DNA of 63,597 bases, the filler included, from Aduncisulcus paluster (Eukaryota): assembly GCA_024181965.1 (NCBI GenBank). It is 11 parts of 11 records of this genome, joined end to end, with 100 filler letters (N's around TTAATTAATTAA, not from the genome) between each part and the next. Parts side by side here need not be neighbours in the genome. Positions count along the whole stretch, not along the records: positions 5,537 to 13,728 come from BQXS01011194.1; positions 13,829 to 17,342 come from BQXS01011195.1; positions 17,443 to 23,125 come from BQXS01011196.1; positions 23,226 to 26,792 come from BQXS01011197.1; 7 more parts are not named here. The stretch is one strand, 5' to 3'. Positions 11,730 through 23,400 of the stretch are shown piece after piece. The number at the start of each line of letters is the position of its first letter. Positions within the stretch are counted from its first letter, which is position 1. The notes below the pieces were generated by a model. The model made no database searches, was not told where the DNA came from, and saw only the letters and a program-made list of their open reading frames with translations. The position numbers and the translations under genes are program-made.

Positions 11730-13728
11730 ATGCCCCCAAGGCGCTTTAAAATTCACAAAAAAGTATTAATCCCTCAATTACATGACGTATGTCATCTTGA
11801 GAGTGCCACTGAAAAAGTCAGTTCTTTTTCTCCTAGTGAACAATTTCAATGTGCTATTTGCTGTGAAAATAGAGGTTTTATTGCATTATATGATTGTTGT
11901 CATCCTCATGTATTTGTTTGTCACGTGTGTGCTCTATCCACTTTTTCCAAAGTGAATGCTCATGTTTGTGGTGTTTGTCGAGAAGAAAGTTCGAATATCC
12001 TGATTGTTCCCTATAAATATATTCCGAAATATGGAGAAGGTCTCATTAAAGCTCCAACCATTCCTGAAATGCAGAAGTTTCTACGTCACTCTAGAGATGT
12101 TGAAACAAAGAAAAGGAGTGAAGAGGAAGCTGAATGGCACAAAAAACATCCTAAACCTGAAATTCTTGACCCTGATGCGACTCCAATTGAAGAATACTCT
12201 CCATCTTTCTTCCCTTTCCGATTTGAATGGATGAAGCATAGAAAAGCTCATTGCATGTGCACAAAAGAGTCAGAAGAAGAGATTACTAGGCTTTATTCCC
12301 CCTGTTGTCGAATATGCGGTCGTGAATTCAGGACCTTTATGATTCTAACCAAGCATCTGAGTCAGAGCCATCACAAGACACTCTGCTTGACTTGCATCAA
12401 TCATCATTCAATTCTCCCATATATGCTTCCTCTTCTTACTCAATCTGAACTTAAACAGCATATATCCCGAGGATTGAAGGATGAATTCAAGGAATTTGGG
12501 TTCAGAGGTCATCCCAGATGTTCAATATGTTCTAAATTATTCTACAGCGATGACGAATTGCTCCATCATCTCAACACTGACCATATTGTGTGCAGTATAT
12601 GCCAACACAATGGAGATCCCTTGTATTTCTCCTCTGTCCACGCAATGACTGCTCATATAACCACCGATCATTTCGTCTGCAGATTTAGAGAATGCGTTGA
12701 ACGGGGAAGAGGTTTGATTGCGTATGGGAAACGTTTTGAACTCATCAAACACATATTGGATACCCATGCAGCATCCTTGACCTCACTCGAGAAGAAGAGT
12801 CTTCAACTTGAGCTGGGAGATTCTGTGATGAACGATGAAGAGGAGGAAGACCGTTCAGTCAAACAGTCTTCCTCCTCTTCGAGTGCTAAGACTATCCTTA
12901 CGCCTCTCAGCTGCTGCCCACAGATGTCCAATGAAGACATTCTCAGTATTGTTTGTTCTGGTGCATCTGAGGAGGAAGCTGAACGCATGGTTCGTGATGG
13001 ATTGCGCAGAGGTCGTGGTAGACAACAGCGGGCTCGTGGTCCTTCTTCTATGACTCAACCTGACAGTGGTGAAGATGAAGGTGAAATACCATCTATTTCT
13101 GGCTCTTCTGAGAAGAAAGACAAGAAGAAACCTTCTCAATACCTCGAGGAACAAACAGCCCAGCAACAGGCCATTCTTGATGAAATTATGATCCAACAGG
13201 GAAAAGAACTTGCTGACTCTGGTCCTATTGAGGAATTCCCTGTCTTGGCACCCCGATTCCCAGCCTCTTCATTGATTCAGCGGATTCACATTGAAGAGAT
13301 CAAAGAGGAACAGCGGGAAGCGGCAAGAGCTCAGAAATACAAAGGTCGTGGACAATCCTTAGACCCTTGGAGTGAAGGATTTACTCCTGGAGTACCGTCT
13401 CGTTCTTTCTCAGGACAACATGTACCGGTTTCTACCGGTGGCGAAGATGTTGATGACCTCATCATTTCTGCCGCTGCTTTTTCTCTCGATGCAGAAGTGT
13501 TGAAAGCCTTCAGAGATGCTCGTGAGAGAGAAATGAAGGATAAATATCATAAACAGAAGAAGAAGAATGAAGAGAAGAATGTAAAGAAACTGAAGGATCA
13601 GATAGAGAGGGAGGCTCCCATTGTCAAGTCCCAGAGTCAGAGGCGAAGGGAGAAAGCTGAGCAAAGGAGACAAAAAGAACTTGAAGAAGAGCAGCATTTA
13701 CAAGAGATCAAGCGTGAAGCAGAGGTTC
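11730..13728 (+). CDS. ZNF598: E3 ubiquitin ligase ZNF598/Hel2-like (RING plus C2H2 fingers), 3'-truncated
   Basis: RING CAIC..C.H..CHVC..CGVCR; family-typical GFRGHPRCSIC..FYSDDELLHHLNTDHIVCSIC..HITTDHFVC. First ATG at 11730; ORF 11392-11580 is the false duplicate. Confidence 0.85.
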
Positions 13729-13829
13729 NNNNNNNNNNNNNNNNNNNNNNNNNNNNNNNNNNNNNNNNNNNNTTAATTAATTAANNNNNNNNNNNNNNNN
13801 NNNNNNNNNNNNNNNNNNNNNNNNNNNNA

Positions 13830-13868
13830 CCTGATTGCACTCTCATATTTGATGTTGAATTATTAGGA
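13830..13868 (+). pseudogene. C-terminal end of an FKBP-type peptidyl-prolyl isomerase domain
   Basis: Translates PDCTLIFDVELLG, matching the FKBP terminus P(N/H)ATLIFDVELL, and runs in frame into ORF 13887. Confidence 0.6.
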
Positions 13869-13929
13869 ACTGATGCCTCATGGAACATGTCCAGATCCTG
13901 CTCATCTGATACTGAGATTTGTGCCTGGA

Positions 13930-14335
13930 AGCCCGAGTGGAAATGTCTTGACCCCGTCCCCGTTTTCCTGGTTGATAAACTCCTTGAGGGTCAGCGTTCC
14001 CTCGTCCATGCCAAGAGGGGAGTTCCTGGACTGGACGAAGAAGTTTGTGGAAGTCTGTCCATGAAGCCCGTCACGTTGCCCTCTCCCTTGTCGGTGAATC
14101 TCTTTTATACCCTCAAATCAATGAACTGATCCTCGAGCTACACCGCAGAAAGTTGAGCACATTCCTCGTTTCGAACTCCCAGCTCCCCGAGAAACTCAAG
14201 GCCATGCCCCCCTGTCACCCAGTTGTACCTCTCTGTTGACGCTGCTGACCCGGACACATTAGCCGAAATCGACCGTCCCTATGTCGGCAAAACTAACGCC
14301 TGGCGCCGATTGAACGAGAGTTCTGTCCATTTTAT
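13930..14335 (+). pseudogene. TYW1: Internal fragment of TYW1 (wybutosine radical-SAM enzyme) with two frameshifts
   Basis: Three frames give EWK..RGVPGL / HVALSLVGESLLYPQINELILELHRRKLSTFLVSNSQLPE / VTQLYLSVDAADPDTLAEIDRP..AWRR. No radical-SAM CxxxCxxC motif and no C-terminus are present. Confidence 0.85.
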
Positions 14336-14476
14336 CGAATTTCACTTTTGCTTACCTAGTTGTTAAGAACGTATGTATTCCTAATCCTCTTGCACAATAC
14401 GTCTTTACTTTTCATGATTTTTATAGCGTTTTAACTGTCTGTCTGTCTCTCTCTCTAAACCTTCAGAAATTATTAA

Positions 14477-15297
14477 ATGGCTGAAGATTACCCAACCCCT
14501 GTTAGCTCTGTTGTCCTCCTTTCCTGGGCCGATAAGATTGCTGCTATGCCCTCTTTCCGTGCTCTTGCCACTTTCAAGGAGTTCTGTAAGTTCCTCCAAG
14601 CTGATAGCTCCATTGGTGTTACCCTTGCTCAATTAATCGTTGTTCTCGGGCCTCTTAAGGAGATGAACAACATGCTCATCGATACCCTCGATCTTCCCCT
14701 CTGTGTCCGTCAAGTAGGTGTTAACATCTTTGGTCCCACTGTTGAAGGAGACAACATTGTCTTCATCCTTGACAGAAGTGGAAGTATGGGAGAAAAAGTC
14801 ACTTTAGATGGCACTACCAAGACTAGAGCTGGATGGGTGGTCCGATTCCATGTACCAACATCTCTATGGGTCTTGCCTCTGTTCCTGCCTATGGTACTGT
14901 TGATACTGTGTACTTGCTCTCTGATGGTGAGCCCTACTCGACTCTGGAATCACCAGCCCTTCTGCCATCGCTAGCTGGGTCAAGACTAATCTCCCCAACA
15001 CTGTCATCCACACTACCAACTTCCTTGGAGGTGCTACTGCCAACGCTTACCTCTCTGCCATTGCCAAGGCTTCTCGTGGTACTCACAAGAACATTACTCC
15101 TCAGAGCATTGAGGAGTTGAAGGTTAACGTCTTCAACCCTGAACTGGTTGCTGAGCGTATTGCTGCCCAGATGCCTGGTCCTGACAGACGTGCTTTGTAT
15201 GAATCTGGTGCCTCCGCTGGAGCTGGATTCATGGGAGCCATGGGTATGGGCGGGTGGAATGATGGGCGGTGGAATGATGGGCGGAATGGGATTCTAA
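14477..15297 (+). pseudogene. vWA-domain gene with internal deletion, frameshifts and a Gly/Met-rich tail
   Basis: IVFILDRSGSM (MIDAS DxSxS) / TNISMGL..VYLLSDGEP / VIHTTNFLGG..LSAIAKASRG..FMGAMGMG / GMMGGGMMGGMGF-stop at 15295-15297, read across three frame changes. Confidence 0.7.
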
Positions 15298-16389
15298 TCC
15301 AGAAGATTCAACTCTGTCTTATTACACTTGGTTTCTAATGTATTCAATACAATCAAAGCCTTTGGTTTTTGTGTCCGTAATCATCGTGACGATGGTTCAA
15401 CGCAAAAATGGATTTTGAAGATCAAATATCTTAGGGGGGGTTGCCAGATCGACTCGATCTGATCAAAGTACGGAGAATATTTGAAATCCTTTTAATAACT
15501 AATTTGAAAATGTATACTGTATTACTGTCTTTCATGTGTTATATAAATGCATGTGATAGATGATCTACTGACTATTATTGATATAATATCATCGTTTTGG
15601 TACGCCATATACCTGGTTTAATAACCCAGTGGTTTGTAACGGAAGCAACAGTGTGTTTTTGATTTCTCTTCTCTCCAGCATTTCTCCCCTTTCTTTGTTT
15701 TGGAGATTTATTTATAGGACGACTTTGTACGCCAATTTTCTAATCGTTTTGAATGCTATAAATCCCAATTCGTGACATTCTTCTGTATTTTGGTTTAATT
15801 GGATTCCATTTTAAATAAGTTAGATCCCAAGCACTGCCTGATTGCCGCCTCATACGCTGGCCAATCGATCATCCAGTTCTATTAATTACTATTGCTGTTA
15901 CGATAATTTTTTTACTGTCAGTAATACTGGCCCAGTAACACCAGTGGTGATATATGATGATAGACGATGTACATTGAATGTACATTCCATGGATGCTGAG
16001 TTGTCAGAGCTCTGTCAAAAGACTGCCAGAGCTCGTCTCTCTCAGTGATATAGACTCCACGACTCCGATGCAGAGAATGACGAGATTGCATTTGGTTTAC
16101 TAAATAGGGAGTCCAATATCAATGATTAATAAGAATCAAGAAACGATAACGAAGAATAATCGGTAATTTCGTTTTTATGGATCGAGATGGCCTGATAATG
16201 TATCGTATTGTTTTGTTTTATCGCTTCATTTTATCTCTCAATGTTCAGTATAGAATACTGAATCAGTATCTCATGTGCATTCATATCAGACATCTGACAA
16301 ACAACTATTTCTGAGAAGACTGACACACGACAGACACAAGGGAATAAAAGAACATTGTCCTTCTTGCAGAAAATACCAGTATTATCGGA

Positions 16390-17342
16390 TTATTTCCATG
16401 GAAATAGAGATAATCGTTCAGCTGCAATGGTTTCCTCGGGCAAAGTAAATACAAGGGAGAGGATGTAGAAATGTTGACTTTTCTTCTCATACCACGTTCC
16501 TTTCCCTTCAATCTCACATGATACAACATTATCCAAATCAATAGGAAGGAAGTGCCATTCATACCAATGTTCAGGTTCTGCGAATTCATACTTTTTGTTT
16601 ATCTTCTTACCAGCACAATCAGTGAAAGTGAAGAGAAGAGAGGGTGAAATGTCATACTTATCCACACAGATATAAGCACCTTTCATTGGACTAGGTGATG
16701 GGAAAGGAATGGAAAGATGGGATAATTGGACATAATCTTCCCCTTTTAACATTTTTTGTGCTCTTAAACTCTGATCATACTCCTCAGATACCTTACTATA
16801 CCTGTCAGCCTTGCACTTAACTATTGAGAATGAAAGATCTACAAGCTTTTGATCATCACGTGGAATGGGAATAGAATCTCTACCTTTAGATGCATAATCT
16901 CCTTCCTTAACAAACTCTGGTTTCACAACTGGAGCTTTAGACCATAGTTTCTCTCTGGCTTCACGAGATTTGAGTTCTTCAGGAGTTTCTTCTCTACTAA
17001 TGAAAACAAGGGAGAGGATTCCAAAATACTTTTTCTCTCTTCCTTTCCCTGTAATCTCACACAGAACAACATCAGGGAGATCAACAGGAAGGAAATACCA
17101 ATGACGACCTTTAAATTCAGGAAACTCGTATTTCTTGGATGTTTTCTCACCCTTTGAAGATGTGAGAGTGAAGATAAGGTGTGATGGAGGTGGAGAACTA
17201 AAATAAGGACTCAGACAGATATAAGCCCCCTTCATTGGGGAAGATGAAGAGAAAGGAATGGAGATATGGGTAAATAGTCCATAATTACCCTCTCCTTTCA
17301 TCATATCTTGTGCTTCAGAACCCTGATCGTAGTTTTCATCAC
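16390..17342 (-). CDS. Hypothetical protein with two copies of the 'HISIPF..MKGAYIC' module, 5'-truncated
   Basis: Close paralog of 51939-53051, with visibly high nucleotide and protein identity; cut by the linker. Confidence 0.85.
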
Positions 17343-17442
17343 NNNNNNNNNNNNNNNNNNNNNNNNNNNNNNNNNNNNNNNNNNNNTTAATTAATTAANN
17401 NNNNNNNNNNNNNNNNNNNNNNNNNNNNNNNNNNNNNNNNNN

Positions 17443-17801
17443 TTCCTTTGCCGCTCAGCAGCATCGGTATACAAACGCATGGGAGCATCGTGAAATGAAG
17501 CTAATTGTGAAGATATTTCAGTAGATTTTGAAGGGGTTTTTTGTAATTCCTCAATTAATGATGCCAATTTTCTTTGTCGTGATCTTTCAGCAAGCTTTAG
17601 AGATTTTGAATTAATGGTTGGATGATCTTGTAATTCTTGAACTTCTATTTTCCGAAATTGTTCTATTCTTTCTTCTATTTTATCTTTTCTTTCTTCATCC
17701 CAATCCATAATTGATTCAACATAGTTTTTTCTATCGAGGATCTGTGATATGGGATTTATCTCAGGTTTATATGGGTATTCGCCCGCTGTTTCAGGTTCCA
17801 T
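17443..17801 (-). CDS. Hypothetical protein fragment with KPEIN/HPTIN..S motifs, 3'-truncated
   Basis: Charged helical ORF running into the linker; repeated P-x-I-N-x-x-S motif of the kind seen in protist cytoskeletal proteins. Upstream exons are possible. Confidence 0.5.
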
Positions 17802-18935
17802 TCTTCTTTAGATTGCAGCAAAGACGGTAAAGATTGTTAGTATGTACAACAGGTATAGCTGCAGCGCAGAAAAGGTCAAAGTGGTTGGGAAAGAGTTCGT
17901 GTAGAATAAAGACAGTTGACGGATCTCTCTCGAAAGATATTTCATCCTTGTTATTACATATTTCATTTCAAATTGGGATAAATAGTTGAAACTGGAAAGT
18001 TTATTGTCATTGAGAACTTCTATCGGCGCATTCTTCGGAACATCATGAAAATACATCACAGTCAGGTCCCCTGGTACTAGAGATGTGGGTCATGGTGGGG
18101 ACGAAGGAGTGCATGGAACGAGTGATAGTGCCGATGTGGAGGATAGATCCGGTTGATGCAGATGTTGTTGATGATAAAGGTTTAGCTATTTCACAATCTG
18201 GAGAGAAGGAAATTCTTCCAATTTCGAACCTTTTATCTTGCGTAAGGGGCTCATGAATATCCCAAGAGACATAGATTCCTGATTCTGTTAACGAGTCCCT
18301 TCTGTGACCCCCTTCAACCCCTTCCAACGCCCCTCAAGCCCTCAAACCGCTTCCGGTACTGAGAAACAGGACGCTAGTTCGAAAATGAGCTACGTTCAAG
18401 ACCTTTTGCCAATATTGTTGACACAGGCTGCTAAAAAGCACCACCCTATCTTTTGATACCCTTCGCTTTGACAACAATTGGAGCCATTGGAGAAAAAGCC
18501 TGAGATTTATAGATCTAGGTTTATTTAATTTATCAAATTCCCTTCAGGAATGATATCTTTCCAAAAGAGACCGGATTGTTTGTTGAAAAAAGAAATTCAG
18601 TGTCGTTTGAAGATATTATATTTTGTCACGATTCTAAAATGTATCTTATAATCAATATGATGAGATGGTTCTATTTTTAGATCAAAAAGAAAAAATGTGA
18701 TTGCATTTCGTGGTTTTGCTTTCGATTGAAATTTGTCTGTCTTATATCTTCCATATAATGCATTCAGATATTCAATTGAAAATTCTTTATGATGATTACG
18801 TCGCCTGAAATCCCAAACGCATCGCGTTTATTCCATGTTGAATTTTCCGTGCACCACACTGATCAAAGACTTTAATTAAGAAATAATATTTGTTCTACAT
18901 CTTTTATTCAATGTTCTCGTTTCACCAAATCAACT

Positions 18936-20621
18936 TTATTTGATCTCCCACACACTTTCATCCACTACTTCGAACATCGTCTGCTCGGGGCGTGAGGATG
19001 TGGAATCTGATGTGGAATCATATATAATAATATCTTTGGGGTTACTACCTGTTCCAATTACTAAATCTTCAATCGAAAACTTCTGAGATTCCAAGGGAGG
19101 ACACAAAGCTCCACTCACAAATGATATGGCTCCCAATGGCATACCATCTGTTCCAAATATCAATGGAATCTGTTCTATTGTGTCTAAATAATGAGAATCA
19201 CTCTTCCCAATGGTTTCTTTTCTTCGTTTGATACAATGCCGGATAATATCTCCAATTGGATTGCATTCTCGAAATGAAGGAACAAATCCTCTGGATTTCG
19301 GGGTGTATTTTTGTTGTGGAGACTCAAGGTCACTTGATTTAACTTTTTCCGGCAAAGCAGCAGATATTTCCTTTTCGCCCTTCTCTTGAATAATCTTCCT
19401 TTCTCTTTCTCTCATCCGAGATGCATCGTGGCTAAAATTAGGCTGCATGCACATCACAATTCCAAGGTCCATCATGATATGCCAGGCATCAACAGGAGAA
19501 ACAAACATACAATGCTCCATACGAAGAAGTGGGGGGGGAGAGTAATCGACTCCAAGATGTGAGATAGTTGATGATAGCTCCTTGAATTTCATTATAAACC
19601 TTTGTTTGGGGGAGAATTTTGGATTGTGGATATTTTGTACAGAAAGAAAGACTTTCTCACGGAGAGAATGGGCAGATTTGGAATAGATAGCTTCTACACA
19701 TGATACAAACACGCTAGAGGCACCATTACCAATGCAATGGACACTCAAAGGAATGGAATTGGTCAAGCATTTATCAATGATGCGTAGAATCTCTTTACAG
19801 GAGATTGAGAGAGATGGTTGCTTTGAAATTGGAGGCAAGGGATCATATTGGTCTGGAACAAATGGAATATGTTTGGGATATTGTGAAAAACAGGCGGTAC
19901 CATTCTCTATAACCCCATCGAGAAAGACTTTGATTCCAAATGACGAGTACGGATATAATTTCTTAATAGAATCCCCAAAGGGAACTATTTTTTCATTGTA
20001 TAGTTTTTCACCCATATACATATTTGAAATAATAAACGGAAGATCCTTATCCTGAATACGACTATGGTCAACTATTTTGGATAATTCATTCCGGATGTAA
20101 GAATTATACGTTTCGACAAACTCCCAATCAACGAGATAGAGCTCGTCGCATCCATATATTCCCCGTTCTTTGAGACCATTTAAATAAATTGTGAGAGAAT
20201 CTACAGAGAAAACTGGATTGGGGGCTTTCATCTTCCTACACACAGCAAAATAGAATTGGAAAAGCTCTTCAATATGTTGTTCACACCAATAAAAATTGGA
20301 AGAATTCAAACAAATTGCCGGAAATTCGTCAATAAATATAGACTTGGCTTTATCATTCAAAATTGCAGCATGACCACTAATATCAACGAAAACTGCCGGT
20401 GATATATCTTTTCGGTTAATATCTATCGAAAATTCACTCAAGTTAGCCCAAAAATAAAGATCTACTTGTCCTCTTTTGGCTCTGAAACTATTGTCGATTA
20501 TAAAAGATTCAATCGCCTCATTCGAATCATATTCTTCAAAAGAATAACATTGACTAACAATATAGTCTAATGATGGATGATTATGCCAATCAAATAAAGC
20601 AGGAAGCGAGAAATGACTCAT
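18936..20621 (-). CDS. Amidohydrolase family 3 (YtcJ-like) metal-dependent hydrolase
   Basis: LPALFDWHNH (DxHxH); DISGHAAILN; GIKVFLDG; VHCIGNGA; RMEHC; MQPNF; FGTDG. Confidence 0.85.
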   Translation of the reverse strand: MSHFSLPALFDWHNHPSLDYIVSQCYSFEEYDSNEAIESFIIDNSFRAKRGQVDLYFWANLSEFSIDINRKDISPAVFVDISGHAAILNDKAKSIFIDEFPAICLNSSNFYWCEQHIEELFQFYFAVCRKMKAPNPVFSVDSLTIYLNGLKERGIYGCDELYLVDWEFVETYNSYIRNELSKIVDHSRIQDKDLPFIISNMYMGEKLYNEKIVPFGDSIKKLYPYSSFGIKVFLDGVIENGTACFSQYPKHIPFVPDQYDPLPPISKQPSLSISCKEILRIIDKCLTNSIPLSVHCIGNGASSVFVSCVEAIYSKSAHSLREKVFLSVQNIHNPKFSPKQRFIMKFKELSSTISHLGVDYSPPPLLRMEHCMFVSPVDAWHIMMDLGIVMCMQPNFSHDASRMRERERKIIQEKGEKEISAALPEKVKSSDLESPQQKYTPKSRGFVPSFRECNPIGDIIRHCIKRRKETIGKSDSHYLDTIEQIPLIFGTDGMPLGAISFVSGALCPPLESQKFSIEDLVIGTGSNPKDIIIYDSTSDSTSSRPEQTMFEVVDESVWEIK

Positions 20622-21095
20622 ATGACAGAATTAAATAAAATAATAATAAACAATTTTGAAAATTAACAATATAGTGATATAATAAATAGAAAATGTGTTA
20701 ATGTATTGGAAAAAGAGAGCAAAATCAACCTGAAAAGCTTCACGGATTTGATAGTGGTTGAAAGAACGAAATTCAAGTTTTGATCGCTAGAGTGCTTAGG
20801 GTGAAAAAAAAGAGAGAAAAAATGCTAATTTCAAAAGCACAGGAAATGTTTTCAAAATTTCATGCACAATATGAAGAAATGATTGCTAAGAAAAATGCTT
20901 CTCTTCTCCGTTCTACCCTACCNNNNNNNNNNNNNNNNNNNNATATAGTGATATAATAAATAGAAAATGTGTTAATGTATTGGAAAAAGAGAGCAAAATC
21001 AACCTGAAAAGCTTCACGGATTTGATAGTGGTTGAAAGAACGAAATTCAAGTTTTGATCGCTAGAGTGCTTAGGGTGAAAAAAAAGAGAGAAAAA

Positions 21096-22970
21096 ATGCT
21101 AATTTCAAAAGCACAGGAAATGTTTTCAAAATTTCATGCACAATATGAAGAAATGATTGCTAAGAAAAATGCTTCTCTTCTCCGTTCTACCCTACCCAAC
21201 CCAAGAGAATCATATATTGACAAATCTATTCGAATATTCTCGCGCACGAGACCTCTTATATCATCTGAAAAGGACATTGCTGGTATATTCCCTGTTACTG
21301 TGTCCCTTGGTGGGAAAATGGGAATTCACTTGCCAAAAACAACTATTGATGGGCGAACCCCAATTCTTGAAAGCAAGTCATTCAAATTAGATGCTGCTTT
21401 TGGTGCGGATGCATCAAATGAAGAAGTTTATTACCAAGTTGCCAAGCCAGTTGTCCAATTAGCTCCTCAAGGAGGAAGTGGGGCATTTATTGCGTATGGA
21501 AAGACATCATCTGGGAAATCATATACTATGTCATCAATTGTTGAACAAAGTAGTCGAGATTTATATGTTTCTCTTCCCCCTAATCGAGAAGTCAGGATTT
21601 GTGCCATTGAAATCCTTGGGAAAGACGTTTCTGATATTTCTCAAAAGCCTGAGGTTGACTTTTTGTCTATTCCTGGTGTTGAATTGAAGAGTGATAAGGT
21701 TGCTGAGAATGCCGGAATGTTAACAACGGAGGAACAATATAAATCTCGTGAGGGTAAGCCTGTTACCGTTCGTTCTGATTGGTTTTGCAACATACAGCTC
21801 CAAGGGGCATTTGAGTTTGTCTGTACCACCGAGAAATCATTCAAACAATTTTGTTCGTTGTGTTTCAAGCACCGTAAGACTTCAGCAACCCTTAGAAATG
21901 CCGAGAGCAGTCGATCCCATGCGATTATTCGCGTTCGAATCGTTGATTCTTGTGCCAAAGTTGTTCAGAAAGTCCATGGAAAATCGATTGAAGAGAGAAT
22001 TGATGAGGAAGATATCAAGATTCTAGATCCTGATGACAAGGAGCTTATTGCACAAGAAAAGAAGAACCTCGAGGTTGAGTTTGCTGAACACCGAAAAAGG
22101 TACCAGGATCTCCTTGAAAGACGGAAGAAAGGGGAAGATGTGGAATCAGAACTCAAAGTTCTTATTAGGCAAGGCGAGAATATTTCACTTCGTATGTATG
22201 CCGTGCACAAAGGATGCAAACGTGATCTTATCGTCCAACCAGATGCCCAGAAGGTGTCTTTATCCCGTGATTCCAACGATGGATATCTATTCTTTGTTGA
22301 TTTGGCTGGGTCTGAGAGAGCATCTGATAGGAAATCCCACGACTCTGCATTATTGTCTGAATCTAAATGCATCAATCGTTCTCTTATGACCCTTAAACAG
22401 TGCATTAAAGGAAGATCCATGTTCGGGAGGGTTGGCTCTGATGGGACAATTCGGCATGTCCACATTCCTTTTCGCGACTCCAAGCTGACCTTGATTTTGA
22501 AGGACTGCTTCGATGTTGCGATCCGTCGTCCCTCGAGGGTGGGCTTGATTGCTTGTGTATCCCCACTGTCGATCGATCATTCGCACTCGATAAACACGTT
22601 GCGTTATGCCACTGCCCTGATGAATTCTCTTCCTGCAGTGATCATTGAGGAAGATCCTGATGACATCACATGTTGGAACTCTGAGCAATGTATGGATTTC
22701 CTGAGGGAGGAAAGTGGTGGGACATTGAACCCTGAATGTGTCATGCTTGCTGAGGATTGTTTCGATGGGAAAACCCTTGTGAAGCTAGAAGAGGATGTGT
22801 TCATTGAAAGATGCATTCGGGGAGGTCTATCAAGAGTACAGGCCATGAAACTCTCGTCTGTGGTCTGGAATAGGTTTCTGCAGGCAAGGATTGGAATGTT
22901 TGATGCTTACGAAAGAGCTAAGGAAGATGTTTTAAAACACCATTCGAGTGACAAAACTGGCAAGAAATAA
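21096..22970 (+). CDS. Kinesin motor protein, kinesin-13-like
   Basis: P-loop YGKTSSGKSYTM; switch I NAESSRSH; switch II DLAGSER; INRSLMTLKQCI; HIPFRDSKLTLILKDCF; NTLRYA; FKLDAAF..SNEEVY. First ATG at 21096. Confidence 0.9.
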   Translation: MLISKAQEMFSKFHAQYEEMIAKKNASLLRSTLPNPRESYIDKSIRIFSRTRPLISSEKDIAGIFPVTVSLGGKMGIHLPKTTIDGRTPILESKSFKLDAAFGADASNEEVYYQVAKPVVQLAPQGGSGAFIAYGKTSSGKSYTMSSIVEQSSRDLYVSLPPNREVRICAIEILGKDVSDISQKPEVDFLSIPGVELKSDKVAENAGMLTTEEQYKSREGKPVTVRSDWFCNIQLQGAFEFVCTTEKSFKQFCSLCFKHRKTSATLRNAESSRSHAIIRVRIVDSCAKVVQKVHGKSIEERIDEEDIKILDPDDKELIAQEKKNLEVEFAEHRKRYQDLLERRKKGEDVESELKVLIRQGENISLRMYAVHKGCKRDLIVQPDAQKVSLSRDSNDGYLFFVDLAGSERASDRKSHDSALLSESKCINRSLMTLKQCIKGRSMFGRVGSDGTIRHVHIPFRDSKLTLILKDCFDVAIRRPSRVGLIACVSPLSIDHSHSINTLRYATALMNSLPAVIIEEDPDDITCWNSEQCMDFLREESGGTLNPECVMLAEDCFDGKTLVKLEEDVFIERCIRGGLSRVQAMKLSSVVWNRFLQARIGMFDAYERAKEDVLKHHSSDKTGKK

Positions 22971-23400
22971 GAGTCAGGGCATGTCGAGATGATTGTACGC
23001 AAAGAATTACAAGAATTACACATTCTGTTCAATATTCCGATGTTTATAACCCCTTTTCAGACCATCTGTAAACATTTGAAATCAATCATGTTCTATTTTT
23101 AGAACATCTATTTTTAGATTTTAGANNNNNNNNNNNNNNNNNNNNNNNNNNNNNNNNNNNNNNNNNNNNTTAATTAATTAANNNNNNNNNNNNNNNNNNN
23201 NNNNNNNNNNNNNNNNNNNNNNNNNTGATCTCTGGATCGATAAACAGCATTAAACATAATACACCGGTCCGGAATAATCGATCAAATGACCAGAGATAAA
23301 AGGAGAAACATCAATTCAGGGGGGATAACACTCTCAAAATGAAGTAGGAAAAGATCAACCATCTGATGGAAAGGCGGTTCCAAAATCTATTTCCTAGGAT

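Noticed and set aside
15230-15297. GGM tail as a Cpn60/Hsp70 fragment
   Set aside because: It continues the vWA gene after a single frameshift, and no other chaperone sequence is present.
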